A stretch of DNA of 64,000 nucleotides from Patescibacteria group bacterium (GTDB lineage Bacteria; Patescibacteriota; Dojkabacteria; JAKAPS01), in the NCBI GenBank assembly GCA_025450075.1, contig JANWIC010000011.1:902-64901 (forward strand), given 5' to 3'. Under the pieces are notes generated by a model that was not told the origin of the DNA, did not search any database, and saw only the letters and a list, made by a program, of their open reading frames with translations. Shown piece by piece: positions 48,532 to 58,073 of this stretch. Each line of letters begins with the position of its first letter. The first letter of the stretch is position 1. The translations under genes and the position numbers were made by a program.

Positions 48532-50190
48532 TTAGGTAATGTCGATAATATTAATCTGGAACTTTTCTTTATTATTCCAAACATTCTTATGTACATTATA
48601 CACTATATCTCTTTGTTCGCCACGTGAAATTCCCTTTTCTCCCATATTGAAGGCAACAGCCTCATGAATAATACCGGTGTCATCATTCTGCCGAAGTTTC
48701 AATCGTAAATGTTTTCCGTTTTCTCCCATATGGTCAACACTCACAATGAGAACATGGGAAAGAAATACAGGACGCGGATTTGTTTCACCATATGGTTCAA
48801 GGAGTTGTACAAGATTATATAGATAAAACAAATCCAGGTCTTTCATACTCAATTCCATATCTATATCCAATCTCTTTTCACGGCTTTTTCCATCTAGTTC
48901 CTGTTTTGCCAGGACATCCATCTTCTCCTGCAATTCCAGCAAATGTTCTTTTTTTAGCTTCAATCCTGCAGCTTTTTTATGTCCTCCATAAGAAATGAAA
49001 AGTTCTTTCATGCTATCCAGTGCTTTTGTAATATCAAAATCATCTACCGATCTGCAGGAACCTGAAAGGATTCCTTCATGGCTGTCATCAGTTAGGACAA
49101 TACTTGGTCTGTTTGTGCTTTCGGTAATTTTTCCTGCTACAAGACCTATTATTCCAACACTGATTCCTGGAAGATAAATAACATTACTATGTCCTTCCGA
49201 AACTATTTCCTGTAACCCCTTTTTTATTGCTTCTCCCATTGCATCCTGCCTCTGCTTATTTATATCATGGAGTAGCATTGCACTCTCACGCGCTTCTTGT
49301 TCGCTTGTAGTCACAAGGAGTTTAAGGCTTTCTTGGGCAGATGTTAACCGACCGGATGCGTTCAGCCTTGGTCCAATGATATATCCTAAATGATATGTTT
49401 CAAGTGTATTTTTAGCAATACCTGCCAATGTTAAAAGAGCGTCAAGACCTGGCCGATTTGTTTCTTTAAGCTTTTCTACTGCCTTTTTTACAATGATGCG
49501 GTTTTCTCCGCGAAGCTCCATAATATCGCAAACGGTTCCAAGCCCAGCAAGATCAACAAAATCTTTTGATGAATCAATTTCTAGCCGAATATCTAATGCC
49601 TGGGTAATTTTAAAAGCAACTCCTGCTCCAGAAAGTGTGTGATAAACATAATCTTTAGGATGAATAATCGCACTCGCTTCAGGAAGTGTAGGGCCTGGAG
49701 TATGATGGTCGGTTATGATTACAGCAATACCTGCTTTAATTGCCATTGCAACAACTTCAACATCTTTAATACCACAATCAACCGTAATGATTAGATCAAC
49801 TTGCTCTTTTATACATCTTTCAACAGTATTTTTAGAAAGTCCATATCCCTCATCAAGACGATTTGGGATGTATACTTCTACATTTGAAATTCCTAAGACC
49901 CTGGTAAGATAAAGGTACATAATAGCAGAAGAAGTTATACCATCCACATCATAATCTCCGTGGATCAAAACTTTTTCCTGATTCTTTTGAGCCATGAGAA
50001 TACGGTCCACACATTTTTCCATTTCAGGAAACAAGTATGGATCGGTAAAATCCGTAGCATGTAAAAATTTCTCTATTGCCTCTTTATCCTTTATGCCTCT
50101 ATTAAACAGAAGCTGGAGTAAAATCTGGTCAACTTCAGGAAATTTATTGTACTCTTCTTGTGGTACTGTATTGTGTAAAACCCATCTCAT
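48532..50190 (-). CDS. recJ: ssDNA exonuclease RecJ
   Basis: GDYDVDG, TVDCG, TDHH, PRLNASGR, GGHKKAAG. Confidence 0.97.
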   Translation of the reverse strand: MRWVLHNTVPQEEYNKFPEVDQILLQLLFNRGIKDKEAIEKFLHATDFTDPYLFPEMEKCVDRILMAQKNQEKVLIHGDYDVDGITSSAIMYLYLTRVLGISNVEVYIPNRLDEGYGLSKNTVERCIKEQVDLIITVDCGIKDVEVVAMAIKAGIAVIITDHHTPGPTLPEASAIIHPKDYVYHTLSGAGVAFKITQALDIRLEIDSSKDFVDLAGLGTVCDIMELRGENRIIVKKAVEKLKETNRPGLDALLTLAGIAKNTLETYHLGYIIGPRLNASGRLTSAQESLKLLVTTSEQEARESAMLLHDINKQRQDAMGEAIKKGLQEIVSEGHSNVIYLPGISVGIIGLVAGKITESTNRPSIVLTDDSHEGILSGSCRSVDDFDITKALDSMKELFISYGGHKKAAGLKLKKEHLLELQEKMDVLAKQELDGKSREKRLDIDMELSMKDLDLFYLYNLVQLLEPYGETNPRPVFLSHVLIVSVDHMGENGKHLRLKLRQNDDTGIIHEAVAFNMGEKGISRGEQRDIVYNVHKNVWNNKEKFQINIIDIT

Positions 50191-50873
50191 ATATTATCTA
50201 TTGTATCAAAAAACTCGTCGATTTCCACTAGGGAAAACCCTTTTGAAAAAAGGTATGATCGCATTTTCGCTTTAAATTCTCTTTTCTTATTACTGCTTCC
50301 TTTTTTTTGTATCCTTGCAAGCATGCTATCATGCTTTTTTTCATATTGTTTTCTAATGGCATTATGGACATCATACTCTTCACTAAGCGCTTTTTGTATG
50401 ATATCTTCATCTACTCCTTTTTCTTTCAGTTTTTGTCTGATCAGCCTGTCACCTTTTGGATTATGAGATCTTTCCTTCTGGACAATATATTCTGCATATA
50501 CCTTATCATCAACAAGTTCGGAGAGTCTCTCAAATATGAGCTGAACAGTTCGTTCATTATCAGCAAGTCTGGCAAGAAAATCATTGATTTCCTTTATACT
50601 TCTTGGCCGGATAGATACGAGACGGAGGCATCTGTTATACAGATAACCTCCTTCATAAAACCAAACAATATCGTCTAAATGGTCATGAACTACTGTCTCA
50701 ATTTCTTGTATTATATCCTGCTGATTGTCAGGAGTAACTCTTTTTGGTAATGGATTTTGCAGAAGAGTACCGTATGCATAGCTGACATATCCAACAACTT
50801 TTCGAAATCGGTTCTGTTTAAATCGTGCATCCCCTACTTGGAGGATCTCGCTTTTTTTTGCTATGTATCTCAT
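50187..50873 (-). CDS. recX: Regulatory protein RecX
   Basis: RPRSIKEI, DDKVYA, KG..IRQKLKEKGV, YLFSKGF; directly follows recA. Confidence 0.85.
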   Translation of the reverse strand: MRYIAKKSEILQVGDARFKQNRFRKVVGYVSYAYGTLLQNPLPKRVTPDNQQDIIQEIETVVHDHLDDIVWFYEGGYLYNRCLRLVSIRPRSIKEINDFLARLADNERTVQLIFERLSELVDDKVYAEYIVQKERSHNPKGDRLIRQKLKEKGVDEDIIQKALSEEYDVHNAIRKQYEKKHDSMLARIQKKGSSNKKREFKAKMRSYLFSKGFSLVEIDEFFDTIDNI

Positions 50874-50876
50874 CCC

Positions 50877-51911
50877 TTATGATAGCATTCTCTCTCTTAT
50901 CTGTTTTTCTATTCCATCATAAAGCTTTTTATCTTCTTTCAAAAGCTGTTTAACAGCTTCACGACCTTGAGCTAACTGTTTGTCTCCCATCTTAAACCAC
51001 GCTCCAGCTTTTTGAATAATCCCTAATGTTACAGCTGTTTCAAGTAAACTTGATTCTTTTGAAATTCCATATGGATAAATGATGTCAAAATCAGCTTCGC
51101 GAAATGGTGGAGCTACTTTGTTCTTTACAATTTTGACATGTGTCTGGTGTCCAAGTACCTGTTCTCCTTCTGCAATCTTATCTTTCTTTCTAATATCCAT
51201 TCTTACAGAAGCATAAAATTTTAATGCATTTCCTCCTGTTGTTGTTTCTGGGTTTCCAAACATCACACCAATTTTCATACGAATCTGGTTGATAAAGACA
51301 ACTGTACATCCTGACTTTCCAATAATTGCAGTCAATTTTCTCATTGCTTGCGACATAAGTCGTGCCTGCATTCCCATCACCGCATCCCCCATTTCACCTT
51401 CAATTTCAGCACGGGGAGTAAGTGCTGCAACAGAATCAACAACTACTATATCAACTGCTCCGGATCGGATTAATGTTTCAACAATTTCCAGTGCTTGTTC
51501 CCCATTATCAGGTTGCGAGAGTAACATATTATCTATATCTACTCCAATATTTTGAGCATATTTCGGATCCATTGCATGTTCTGCATCAATATATGCAGCT
51601 GTTCCGCCAAGTTTTTGGCATTCAGCAATTATATGCAATGCAAGTGTTGTTTTTCCACTTGATTCCGGCCCATAGATTTCAATTATTCTTCCTTTTGGAA
51701 TGCCGCCGATTCCCAATGCGAGATCTAATGAGATTGCGCCAGTAGGTATTGCTGGAATTCTTTCATGTACCTTATCTCCCATTTTCATAATTGCACCTTT
51801 TCCAAATTGTCGTTCAATTTGTGCCATTGCAATTTTTACAGCTTCATTTTTCCCATCTTCGGTTCGGGCAGGTGCTGCAACCTCTTTTTTCTGTTCTTGT
51901 TTAACCGCCAT
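50877..51911 (-). CDS. recA: Recombinase RecA
   Basis: [37 protein letters not shown]; start set at MAVKQ. Confidence 0.99.
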   Translation of the reverse strand: MAVKQEQKKEVAAPARTEDGKNEAVKIAMAQIERQFGKGAIMKMGDKVHERIPAIPTGAISLDLALGIGGIPKGRIIEIYGPESSGKTTLALHIIAECQKLGGTAAYIDAEHAMDPKYAQNIGVDIDNMLLSQPDNGEQALEIVETLIRSGAVDIVVVDSVAALTPRAEIEGEMGDAVMGMQARLMSQAMRKLTAIIGKSGCTVVFINQIRMKIGVMFGNPETTTGGNALKFYASVRMDIRKKDKIAEGEQVLGHQTHVKIVKNKVAPPFREADFDIIYPYGISKESSLLETAVTLGIIQKAGAWFKMGDKQLAQGREAVKQLLKEDKKLYDGIEKQIRERMLS

Positions 51912-52046
51912 AATATAGTTAGTAATATAATGTGCATAGCAGTATGCATATGCATTATACCATACGAATGCAACCACAAAAAATGAAACCAGATGTGCTG
52001 TTACTGATAGATTGAAAATCGAACTAAACTGTAGATACAGAATAAA

Positions 52047-52949
52047 TTAGTTCTTTGGATGTGCCTCTTTCCAATTGTAATACAAGACGAGTGCCTGGCT
52101 TGCAACAAAAATACTTGAATACGTACCGCTGGTAATTCCGATCAAAAGTGTTAACACAAACCATCGAATTGATTCACCACCAAGTAAGAACATAGCAAGC
52201 AAGGTTAAGATTACAGTTAAGGATGTGTTTATGGATCTAGCCAATGTTTCCATCAGTGAGGTGTTCACCACATCAGCAAATTCCTGACTAGTATTTTTTA
52301 ACAGATTTTCACGAATTCTATCAAACACAACAATCGTATCATGTACGGAAAAACCGATAACAGTTAAAATGGCTGTGACAAATAGGGTATCAATTCTTGC
52401 ATTGAAAAAATATCCAAGAATTGCAAATGCACCAAGAACAATTAAAATATCATGTCCCATGGCAAGAACTGCTGTGATTCCGAATGTCCAGCTTGAAGCC
52501 GGATGAGGAACTCTCCTGAATGCCCAGGCTATGTATAGAATGATAGCACCACCGATTAATAAGATAGATTTAATCGCATCGGATGTGAGTTCTGATCCGA
52601 TAACAGGTCCAATTGTTTGGACAGAATCAGGATTTGCAGAGTTAAAATTAGTATCAAGATGTGTTTCTAAAGATTTTAATTGATCCTGTGAAAGAGGTTT
52701 TGTTGTTATTGTATATGTAGAAGAGTTGGTATTTTGTACAGAAATTGGATTATATGTCTTGGTATTTATACCTTTTAATGTCTGATCCTGAGAAACTGTT
52801 TTATTCGATTTATATGTAAGGACAGTTCCTCCAGTAAAATCAATACCGAATTTCAGGCCAAGAGTAAAGATGGAGATCAAGCCAAATATTACTAGGACTA
52901 ATGATACAAGTAATAGATATTTTCCGTTTTTTACAATATTTAAGTCCAT
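52047..52949 (-). CDS. secF: Protein translocase subunit SecF
   Basis: GIDFTGG, GFSVHDTIVVFDRIRE, GTYSSIF. Confidence 0.97.
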   Translation of the reverse strand: MDLNIVKNGKYLLLVSLVLVIFGLISIFTLGLKFGIDFTGGTVLTYKSNKTVSQDQTLKGINTKTYNPISVQNTNSSTYTITTKPLSQDQLKSLETHLDTNFNSANPDSVQTIGPVIGSELTSDAIKSILLIGGAIILYIAWAFRRVPHPASSWTFGITAVLAMGHDILIVLGAFAILGYFFNARIDTLFVTAILTVIGFSVHDTIVVFDRIRENLLKNTSQEFADVVNTSLMETLARSINTSLTVILTLLAMFLLGGESIRWFVLTLLIGITSGTYSSIFVASQALVLYYNWKEAHPKN

Positions 52950-52950
52950 G

Positions 52951-54300
52951 TTACACCAGATGAAGTATCCTTTCTTTAAAAAGGTTCATAAAATTAAAAA
53001 GTATTGTCCTTGTAACAACAACTGCAGTAAACATACTGACCAGCACACCAATTGCAAGTGTCAGTGCAAATCCTCTAATAACACTCGTACCGAATGCGTA
53101 AAGAATTGCTGTTGTAATTAAAGATGAAATATTTGAATCACGAATGGATGGCCAAGCACGTTTGAAACCAAGATCAATCGCAGGACGGATATTTTTCCCT
53201 TTTCGTAATTCTTCTTTAGTTCTTTCAAAAATAAGGATATTTGCATCCACAGCCATACCAATTGAGAGAATGAATCCAGCTATTCCTGCCAGTGTTAGGG
53301 TAATTGGAATTGTTTTAAACACAGCAAATGCGATAAGCGCATATATTAAAAGAGCAAGATCTGCAAATATTCCTAATATCCGATAGTTCCATAGCATAAA
53401 GAGCAGGACAATCAAGATACCAATAAGGCCAGCTATGAGACTTGCCTTTACTGAAGATTCCCCAAGAGTTGCTGACACGGTGCTTTCCTGAATAATAGAT
53501 ACTGGGACAGGTAGCGCACCTGCATCAAGTTGGGTAACAATTTGTTTTGCCTGATCCAATGTGAAATTTCCTTCAATCACAGGGTTGCTGACAACCCCAC
53601 CTGCGAGATCACTATTGATAACCGGATTTGAAATAACTTGTCCATCAAGCACAATATACACTGGCCTATTCACATTAGCCTTAGCAATATTTGAAAATTT
53701 GGTCAAGCCTTCTGATTTAAACAATAATTGAATACTTGGAGTTGTCGAGTTTTGCTGATATGTAATAGTAGCACCGGTTAAGTCCGCTCCGGTGATACCA
53801 GCTGAAATGAGATCACTTGCAGTAGTGGGGGAAGATAGCCCTGGTCTTAGAGTGTAAAATTCAAGCTTTGCAGTTTGCCCGATCAAGGATTTTGCCTGGT
53901 TAAGGTCTTTTACTCCAGCAAGATCAACAATAATCTTATATATATTTCCTGTTACTTCAGTATAGATAGTCGGTTCAGAAATACCATAAAGGTTAATTCT
54001 ATTTTCTATGACACTTCGAGCACTATCCAATGCTTGTGCACGGTCAGATGGTGCAATCTTTGACATGTCTGCCTGTAGGACAATTTCTGAACCCCCTTTT
54101 AAGTCAAGGCCTAAAACTGTATTAAAGTTTTTTTGAATTTTTGCTCCTCCCAGATTCAAATTTATGTTAAGGTGACCTATTTTTCCGTTATAGTGGAATT
54201 TTCCTACATTAATATTGACAGGAAAAGTAGGAATATCAATTGCAAGAGCAAGTATTGCTAGCAACGTGATAATGAGTAGCAAAATCCTATTGGGCTTCAT
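52951..54300 (-). CDS. secD: Protein translocase subunit SecD
   Basis: LGLDLKGG, GALPVP, GMAVDANILIFER. Confidence 0.97.
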   Translation of the reverse strand: MKPNRILLLIITLLAILALAIDIPTFPVNINVGKFHYNGKIGHLNINLNLGGAKIQKNFNTVLGLDLKGGSEIVLQADMSKIAPSDRAQALDSARSVIENRINLYGISEPTIYTEVTGNIYKIIVDLAGVKDLNQAKSLIGQTAKLEFYTLRPGLSSPTTASDLISAGITGADLTGATITYQQNSTTPSIQLLFKSEGLTKFSNIAKANVNRPVYIVLDGQVISNPVINSDLAGGVVSNPVIEGNFTLDQAKQIVTQLDAGALPVPVSIIQESTVSATLGESSVKASLIAGLIGILIVLLFMLWNYRILGIFADLALLIYALIAFAVFKTIPITLTLAGIAGFILSIGMAVDANILIFERTKEELRKGKNIRPAIDLGFKRAWPSIRDSNISSLITTAILYAFGTSVIRGFALTLAIGVLVSMFTAVVVTRTILFNFMNLFKERILHLV

Positions 54301-54345
54301 TCTTCTTGGTATCTCCTAAATTACCATGTGATTATATACTAAGCT

Positions 54346-54687
54346 TTACCTGGAATACAATAAAACACCTTCGTTAAGGATATTATCAATAAAAGAATCA
54401 CCTTCCCGCAATAATTGGTTCACTTCTGAGGGAGTATAGACTATCGGGTCTACCGGAGGATCTCCGTAGGAAACCCGTATTGCTTGTTTTAATCTTTCAT
54501 AAAAAGGAGCTTGAGTACGGGCAATTACTAAAATATCTATCGAGCTATTCTCACCTTCCGAACCTCTTGCAAAACTGCCAAACAGTAAGATCCGTTCTAC
54601 TTCAAACTCTTTTGTAAAAATGGATATAAGAAAGTTTATTCTTTCTAAAACTTCCGGACTGAATTGTACATCACTTAATTTCTTCAT
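54346..54687 (-). CDS. Minimal nucleotidyltransferase (MNT) domain protein
   Basis: LFGSFARG..SSIDILVI..VDPIVYTP. Confidence 0.85.
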   Translation of the reverse strand: MKKLSDVQFSPEVLERINFLISIFTKEFEVERILLFGSFARGSEGENSSIDILVIARTQAPFYERLKQAIRVSYGDPPVDPIVYTPSEVNQLLREGDSFIDNILNEGVLLYSR

Positions 54688-55094
54688 GATTCTAATACTT
54701 CTTTTACAAATAATAACACAGCCTCCGCTTCATGGATACATTCATCAGCAATCTGGTTCGACATAAAATCATGTGGAGTCAAGTTATCACCTGGAATAAT
54801 AAATGGGTAACGAGAAATAAAAGTCACCGCCTGCAGACTTTCTGTAATAATTTTCGAGGAAATATCTGGACGGATCTGCTTCACTATTTTAAATAATATA
54901 GACAACTTATGAACTTTGGGAGGTTTTGCTCCACAAAAAACCATTAATGCTTTCAATGCTTTTTCAGCAGATTGTTCAGATTGGAAACACGCCCATTCAA
55001 AAAAGCCATTTCCCAAAGAAAGTTTAGCTGCATCTAGATCATATTCAGCTTGCTTGATCCATACTTTATACCTATATGTCTTTAATCCTCCCAT
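54684..55094 (-). CDS. HEPN-domain protein
   Basis: WIKQAEYDL, ACFQSEQSAEKALKA, HKL, SRYP; ATGA overlap with the MNT gene. Confidence 0.88.
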   Translation of the reverse strand: MGGLKTYRYKVWIKQAEYDLDAAKLSLGNGFFEWACFQSEQSAEKALKALMVFCGAKPPKVHKLSILFKIVKQIRPDISSKIITESLQAVTFISRYPFIIPGDNLTPHDFMSNQIADECIHEAEAVLLFVKEVLES

Positions 55095-55095
55095 A

Positions 55096-55956
55096 TCAGC
55101 GAAGTAAATGTTTGTAAGTCTCTTGTAACAACAAGGCATCAGTTTCATGTTCCGGACTTTCACAGATTAAGATCCCTTCTGCATCATAATCAATAAGAGC
55201 CTTCAGTACTTGGGCATAATTAGCATCAGAATCTTTAAATGAAAGATGTCTTCTCTCCCCTTTTTCACTGTATTCAATTCCTGAATAATGGATATGAAGC
55301 TGTTTAATCCCCCTATCCCCTAACCCGTTTTTCAGCTGATCAAGGATTGTATAGATTTCTTCAGTTGAATTCATATCTCCATTTGATCGGGCGTGTAAAT
55401 GTGCAAAATCAATACAGGGCAAGACATTTTCAAATTCGTTTGAAAGTTGGATTAATTCACTAACACTGCCAAATTGTATTGGTTTTCCAGTTGTTTCTGG
55501 CCTGAAAGTAACTGTTATTCCATTCGGCATGATTTCCTGTTGATATTTTTTCACAAGGATCCGCATGGATGCAAGAACTTTTTTGTAAGCTTCTTCAGGA
55601 GAAGATTTTAAGTAGAATCCAGGATGAAAAACAATATTCATTGCTCCTGCCATACCACCCCGTTCTGTTGATTTTAAAATCCGTTCAATACTTTCCCCGA
55701 TTTTTTTATCATCATGAGCATTTAAATTCACATAATATGGGGCATGCACACTCAATGCAATTTGTTTTCCAGACTCTTTTTTTATCTCATCTAAGGTATC
55801 ATGAAAAACTTGAGCAGTTTCTTCACTCATATTGACGAAATGAACAAATTCAAGTTCAAAAGCATCAAGTCCTATATTTGCAACATGCTTAAGTCCTTCA
55901 ATATATCCGGGTTTAGGAGTGGATTTTGGAATACCTGCAACACCAAAATGAATCAT
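55096..55956 (-). CDS. nfo: Endonuclease IV-family TIM-barrel AP endonuclease
   Basis: HAPYYVNL, VFHPG, PETTGK, DFAH, HIHYS, ICES. Confidence 0.85.
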   Translation of the reverse strand: MIHFGVAGIPKSTPKPGYIEGLKHVANIGLDAFELEFVHFVNMSEETAQVFHDTLDEIKKESGKQIALSVHAPYYVNLNAHDDKKIGESIERILKSTERGGMAGAMNIVFHPGFYLKSSPEEAYKKVLASMRILVKKYQQEIMPNGITVTFRPETTGKPIQFGSVSELIQLSNEFENVLPCIDFAHLHARSNGDMNSTEEIYTILDQLKNGLGDRGIKQLHIHYSGIEYSEKGERRHLSFKDSDANYAQVLKALIDYDAEGILICESPEHETDALLLQETYKHLLR

Positions 55957-55976
55957 CGGTGACTTTTCAATTATAT

Positions 55977-56555
55977 TTAGGTGAGGAATTCATCCTCATT
56001 ACCAATTAAGAATAGTTTAGACTTATCGAGAAAGTTTTTCAAATATCCTTCCCGTCTTTTCATCTGTAGTTCAAACTGGTCAGAACTTAAAACAGCATAA
56101 TTAATTTCACGTTGGTTATCCAGCTCTGCCGTCTTGACAATAATATTCAATCTCTCCATTGCTACCTGATCTCCAACAATTAAAAGGTCAAGTTCAGATT
56201 GGTCCATTGGTTTATTATGGATATATAATGAGCTAAGAACAGCAAAGGTAACATTCCCTAGATTTTCCCTTTCTTTAATAATGCTTCCTCCTAATCCAAA
56301 TTCTTTAAATATCATTGCACGAAGCTCAGATAGGAGCGGATAATTTTCATTGAGAACATAGTAGACGCGATTAAATTTCGGTTCTCTTCGAAAAAGACCA
56401 GCTTTTTCCAGATTTATTAGTTCACGTCTGACTGCATTGATTTCTTCTTTAGTCTGCCTGACGATATCGCGTACATGAAATGAATTTTGTTGGTGTTCAA
56501 GATATAAGCGTAATATTTTGACCCTGACTTTTGATATGAAAAAAGATTCCAGCAT
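55977..56555 (-). CDS. Winged-helix protein fused to a degenerate nucleotidyltransferase-like domain
   Basis: SKVRVKIL..HVRDIVR..NAVRREL; ELDLLIVGD..REINY. Confidence 0.75.
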   Translation of the reverse strand: MLESFFISKVRVKILRLYLEHQQNSFHVRDIVRQTKEEINAVRRELINLEKAGLFRREPKFNRVYYVLNENYPLLSELRAMIFKEFGLGGSIIKERENLGNVTFAVLSSLYIHNKPMDQSELDLLIVGDQVAMERLNIIVKTAELDNQREINYAVLSSDQFELQMKRREGYLKNFLDKSKLFLIGNEDEFLT

Positions 56556-56557
56556 AC

Positions 56558-57790
56558 TTATTTATAACTAAAGGTTCCTGAATCTGTTACAAGAACAGTA
56601 ATCCAGGTATTTCCGCGATTAAATTGCACAGGATTGTTGTTTTGGTCATAAAACATGGTACGGTCTGTCAAGGAAATTTTCTTCCATGACCCATCGATCT
56701 CTTTTCCGTCTAAAAAGATACTTGCCTTTCCGGTTCCTGTTGTATCAAGATGGAAGACATCTTTTCCGCCTGAAGACGTATATATGTTGCCGTTAACAAA
56801 TTGTACCACAATATTTTTTGCAGTTACAGGCGTTCCGGTAAGTCTGTCCTGTTGTGAAAGAGTTGTATCTCCGTAATCATAACGAGTATAGGTATTATTG
56901 GCCCTGCTATATAACCATTTAACTGAATAATAAGGATCATCACTCATGAAGTCAATATTTAAAGCAGAAAGATCAATACCTCTGTTTGCAAGCACTGCAT
57001 CATCTTTAAATGTCCATTGGTTGAAATTAGAAGGAAGATTCCATCCAGAGGAAGCACCATCATTCCATATCTTTTGTGGGAATCCATACCCATTATGTGG
57101 TGCATCACGAGATTCATCACGGCAAAATAATCCGGTTGCACTGTTACAACTTTGGTCAGTACCCGGCTGAAAAATCGCATCAATGTTCCTGATTCCATCG
57201 GGTCCTAGAGAAGGTGCAACATCGCTGTTTTGCCCCCAATGGGCATATATTGCATTGTACTCATTAACCCAATCAAGGAAGTAAGTCCTTGCACTTCTGA
57301 CAGGTCCGACAAGAGACGGCGTATTCCCTAAAAACACAGCCATAAACCTTGTAATGCCACCTTCAGCGAGTGTTTCATAGACAATATCTGCCTGACTTAA
57401 CCCGGTTTGAGGACGGGCAGAAATCGAGTTTTCAATCATAACTGCAAGAGGTGGACGATTCAAATTACTTACGGATTGACCGGTATAGGTGACTCCTGTT
57501 AACGGATCAATTTTTGTTATTGGAGTTGGGGTTGGGGTTGGTGTAAACGTGGATGTAACTTTTGTCGTTTCAGGCTTTTGGTATCCATGGGCAATTATAT
57601 AAATGTATATTCCAATTGCAAAAAGAATAGCTATTGCAAATATGATACTGACTAAAATTACCATTCTTTTAAATGGAACTTGATAGGTATACCAACGGTA
57701 AACTCTTTTAAGTAAAGGTATTTTACCTGTATTGGTCATCGATTCGGGAATATCTGGAGATGCACTGATCCCTCCGAGAGTTGTTTCCAT
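56558..57790 (-). CDS. DUF3048 (YerB-like) membrane-anchored protein
   Basis: PLAVMIEN..ARPQTGLSQADIVYE..EGGITR, GPVRSAR, APHN. Confidence 0.88.
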   Translation of the reverse strand: METTLGGISASPDIPESMTNTGKIPLLKRVYRWYTYQVPFKRMVILVSIIFAIAILFAIGIYIYIIAHGYQKPETTKVTSTFTPTPTPTPITKIDPLTGVTYTGQSVSNLNRPPLAVMIENSISARPQTGLSQADIVYETLAEGGITRFMAVFLGNTPSLVGPVRSARTYFLDWVNEYNAIYAHWGQNSDVAPSLGPDGIRNIDAIFQPGTDQSCNSATGLFCRDESRDAPHNGYGFPQKIWNDGASSGWNLPSNFNQWTFKDDAVLANRGIDLSALNIDFMSDDPYYSVKWLYSRANNTYTRYDYGDTTLSQQDRLTGTPVTAKNIVVQFVNGNIYTSSGGKDVFHLDTTGTGKASIFLDGKEIDGSWKKISLTDRTMFYDQNNNPVQFNRGNTWITVLVTDSGTFSYK

Positions 57791-58073
57791 GAGGCGCTGA
57801 AAACTTAAAATATTGGTTACCTACACTATAGCATATATATCTTATTAAGTGTCAAGAAGCCTGAAAGTAGGGCAAATTCGCCCTTCTGTTTTGGTGTATG
57901 ATATATTACAGATTCCTTCCTTCTTCTACGGCTAGAATATAATAGTAGAGAAAAGGGTATACTATATATTTCGGAACATGATTATTATTGTGTATACCAT
58001 CAATTTTATTCATGAGTCCTTGCTTTTTTAATGATTTTGTGCTAAACTATAGGTTAGTTAATCTAAATAAATT

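Noticed and set aside
52015-52035. Gram-positive LexA box upstream of recA
   Set aside because: Only the CGAAC half-site is present; no GTTC partner at N4
57860-57935. Riboswitch (c-di-GMP-I-like GGGCAAA) in the 280-bp divergent intergenic region
   Set aside because: Only a short AGGGC/GCCCT hairpin; the remaining consensus is absent
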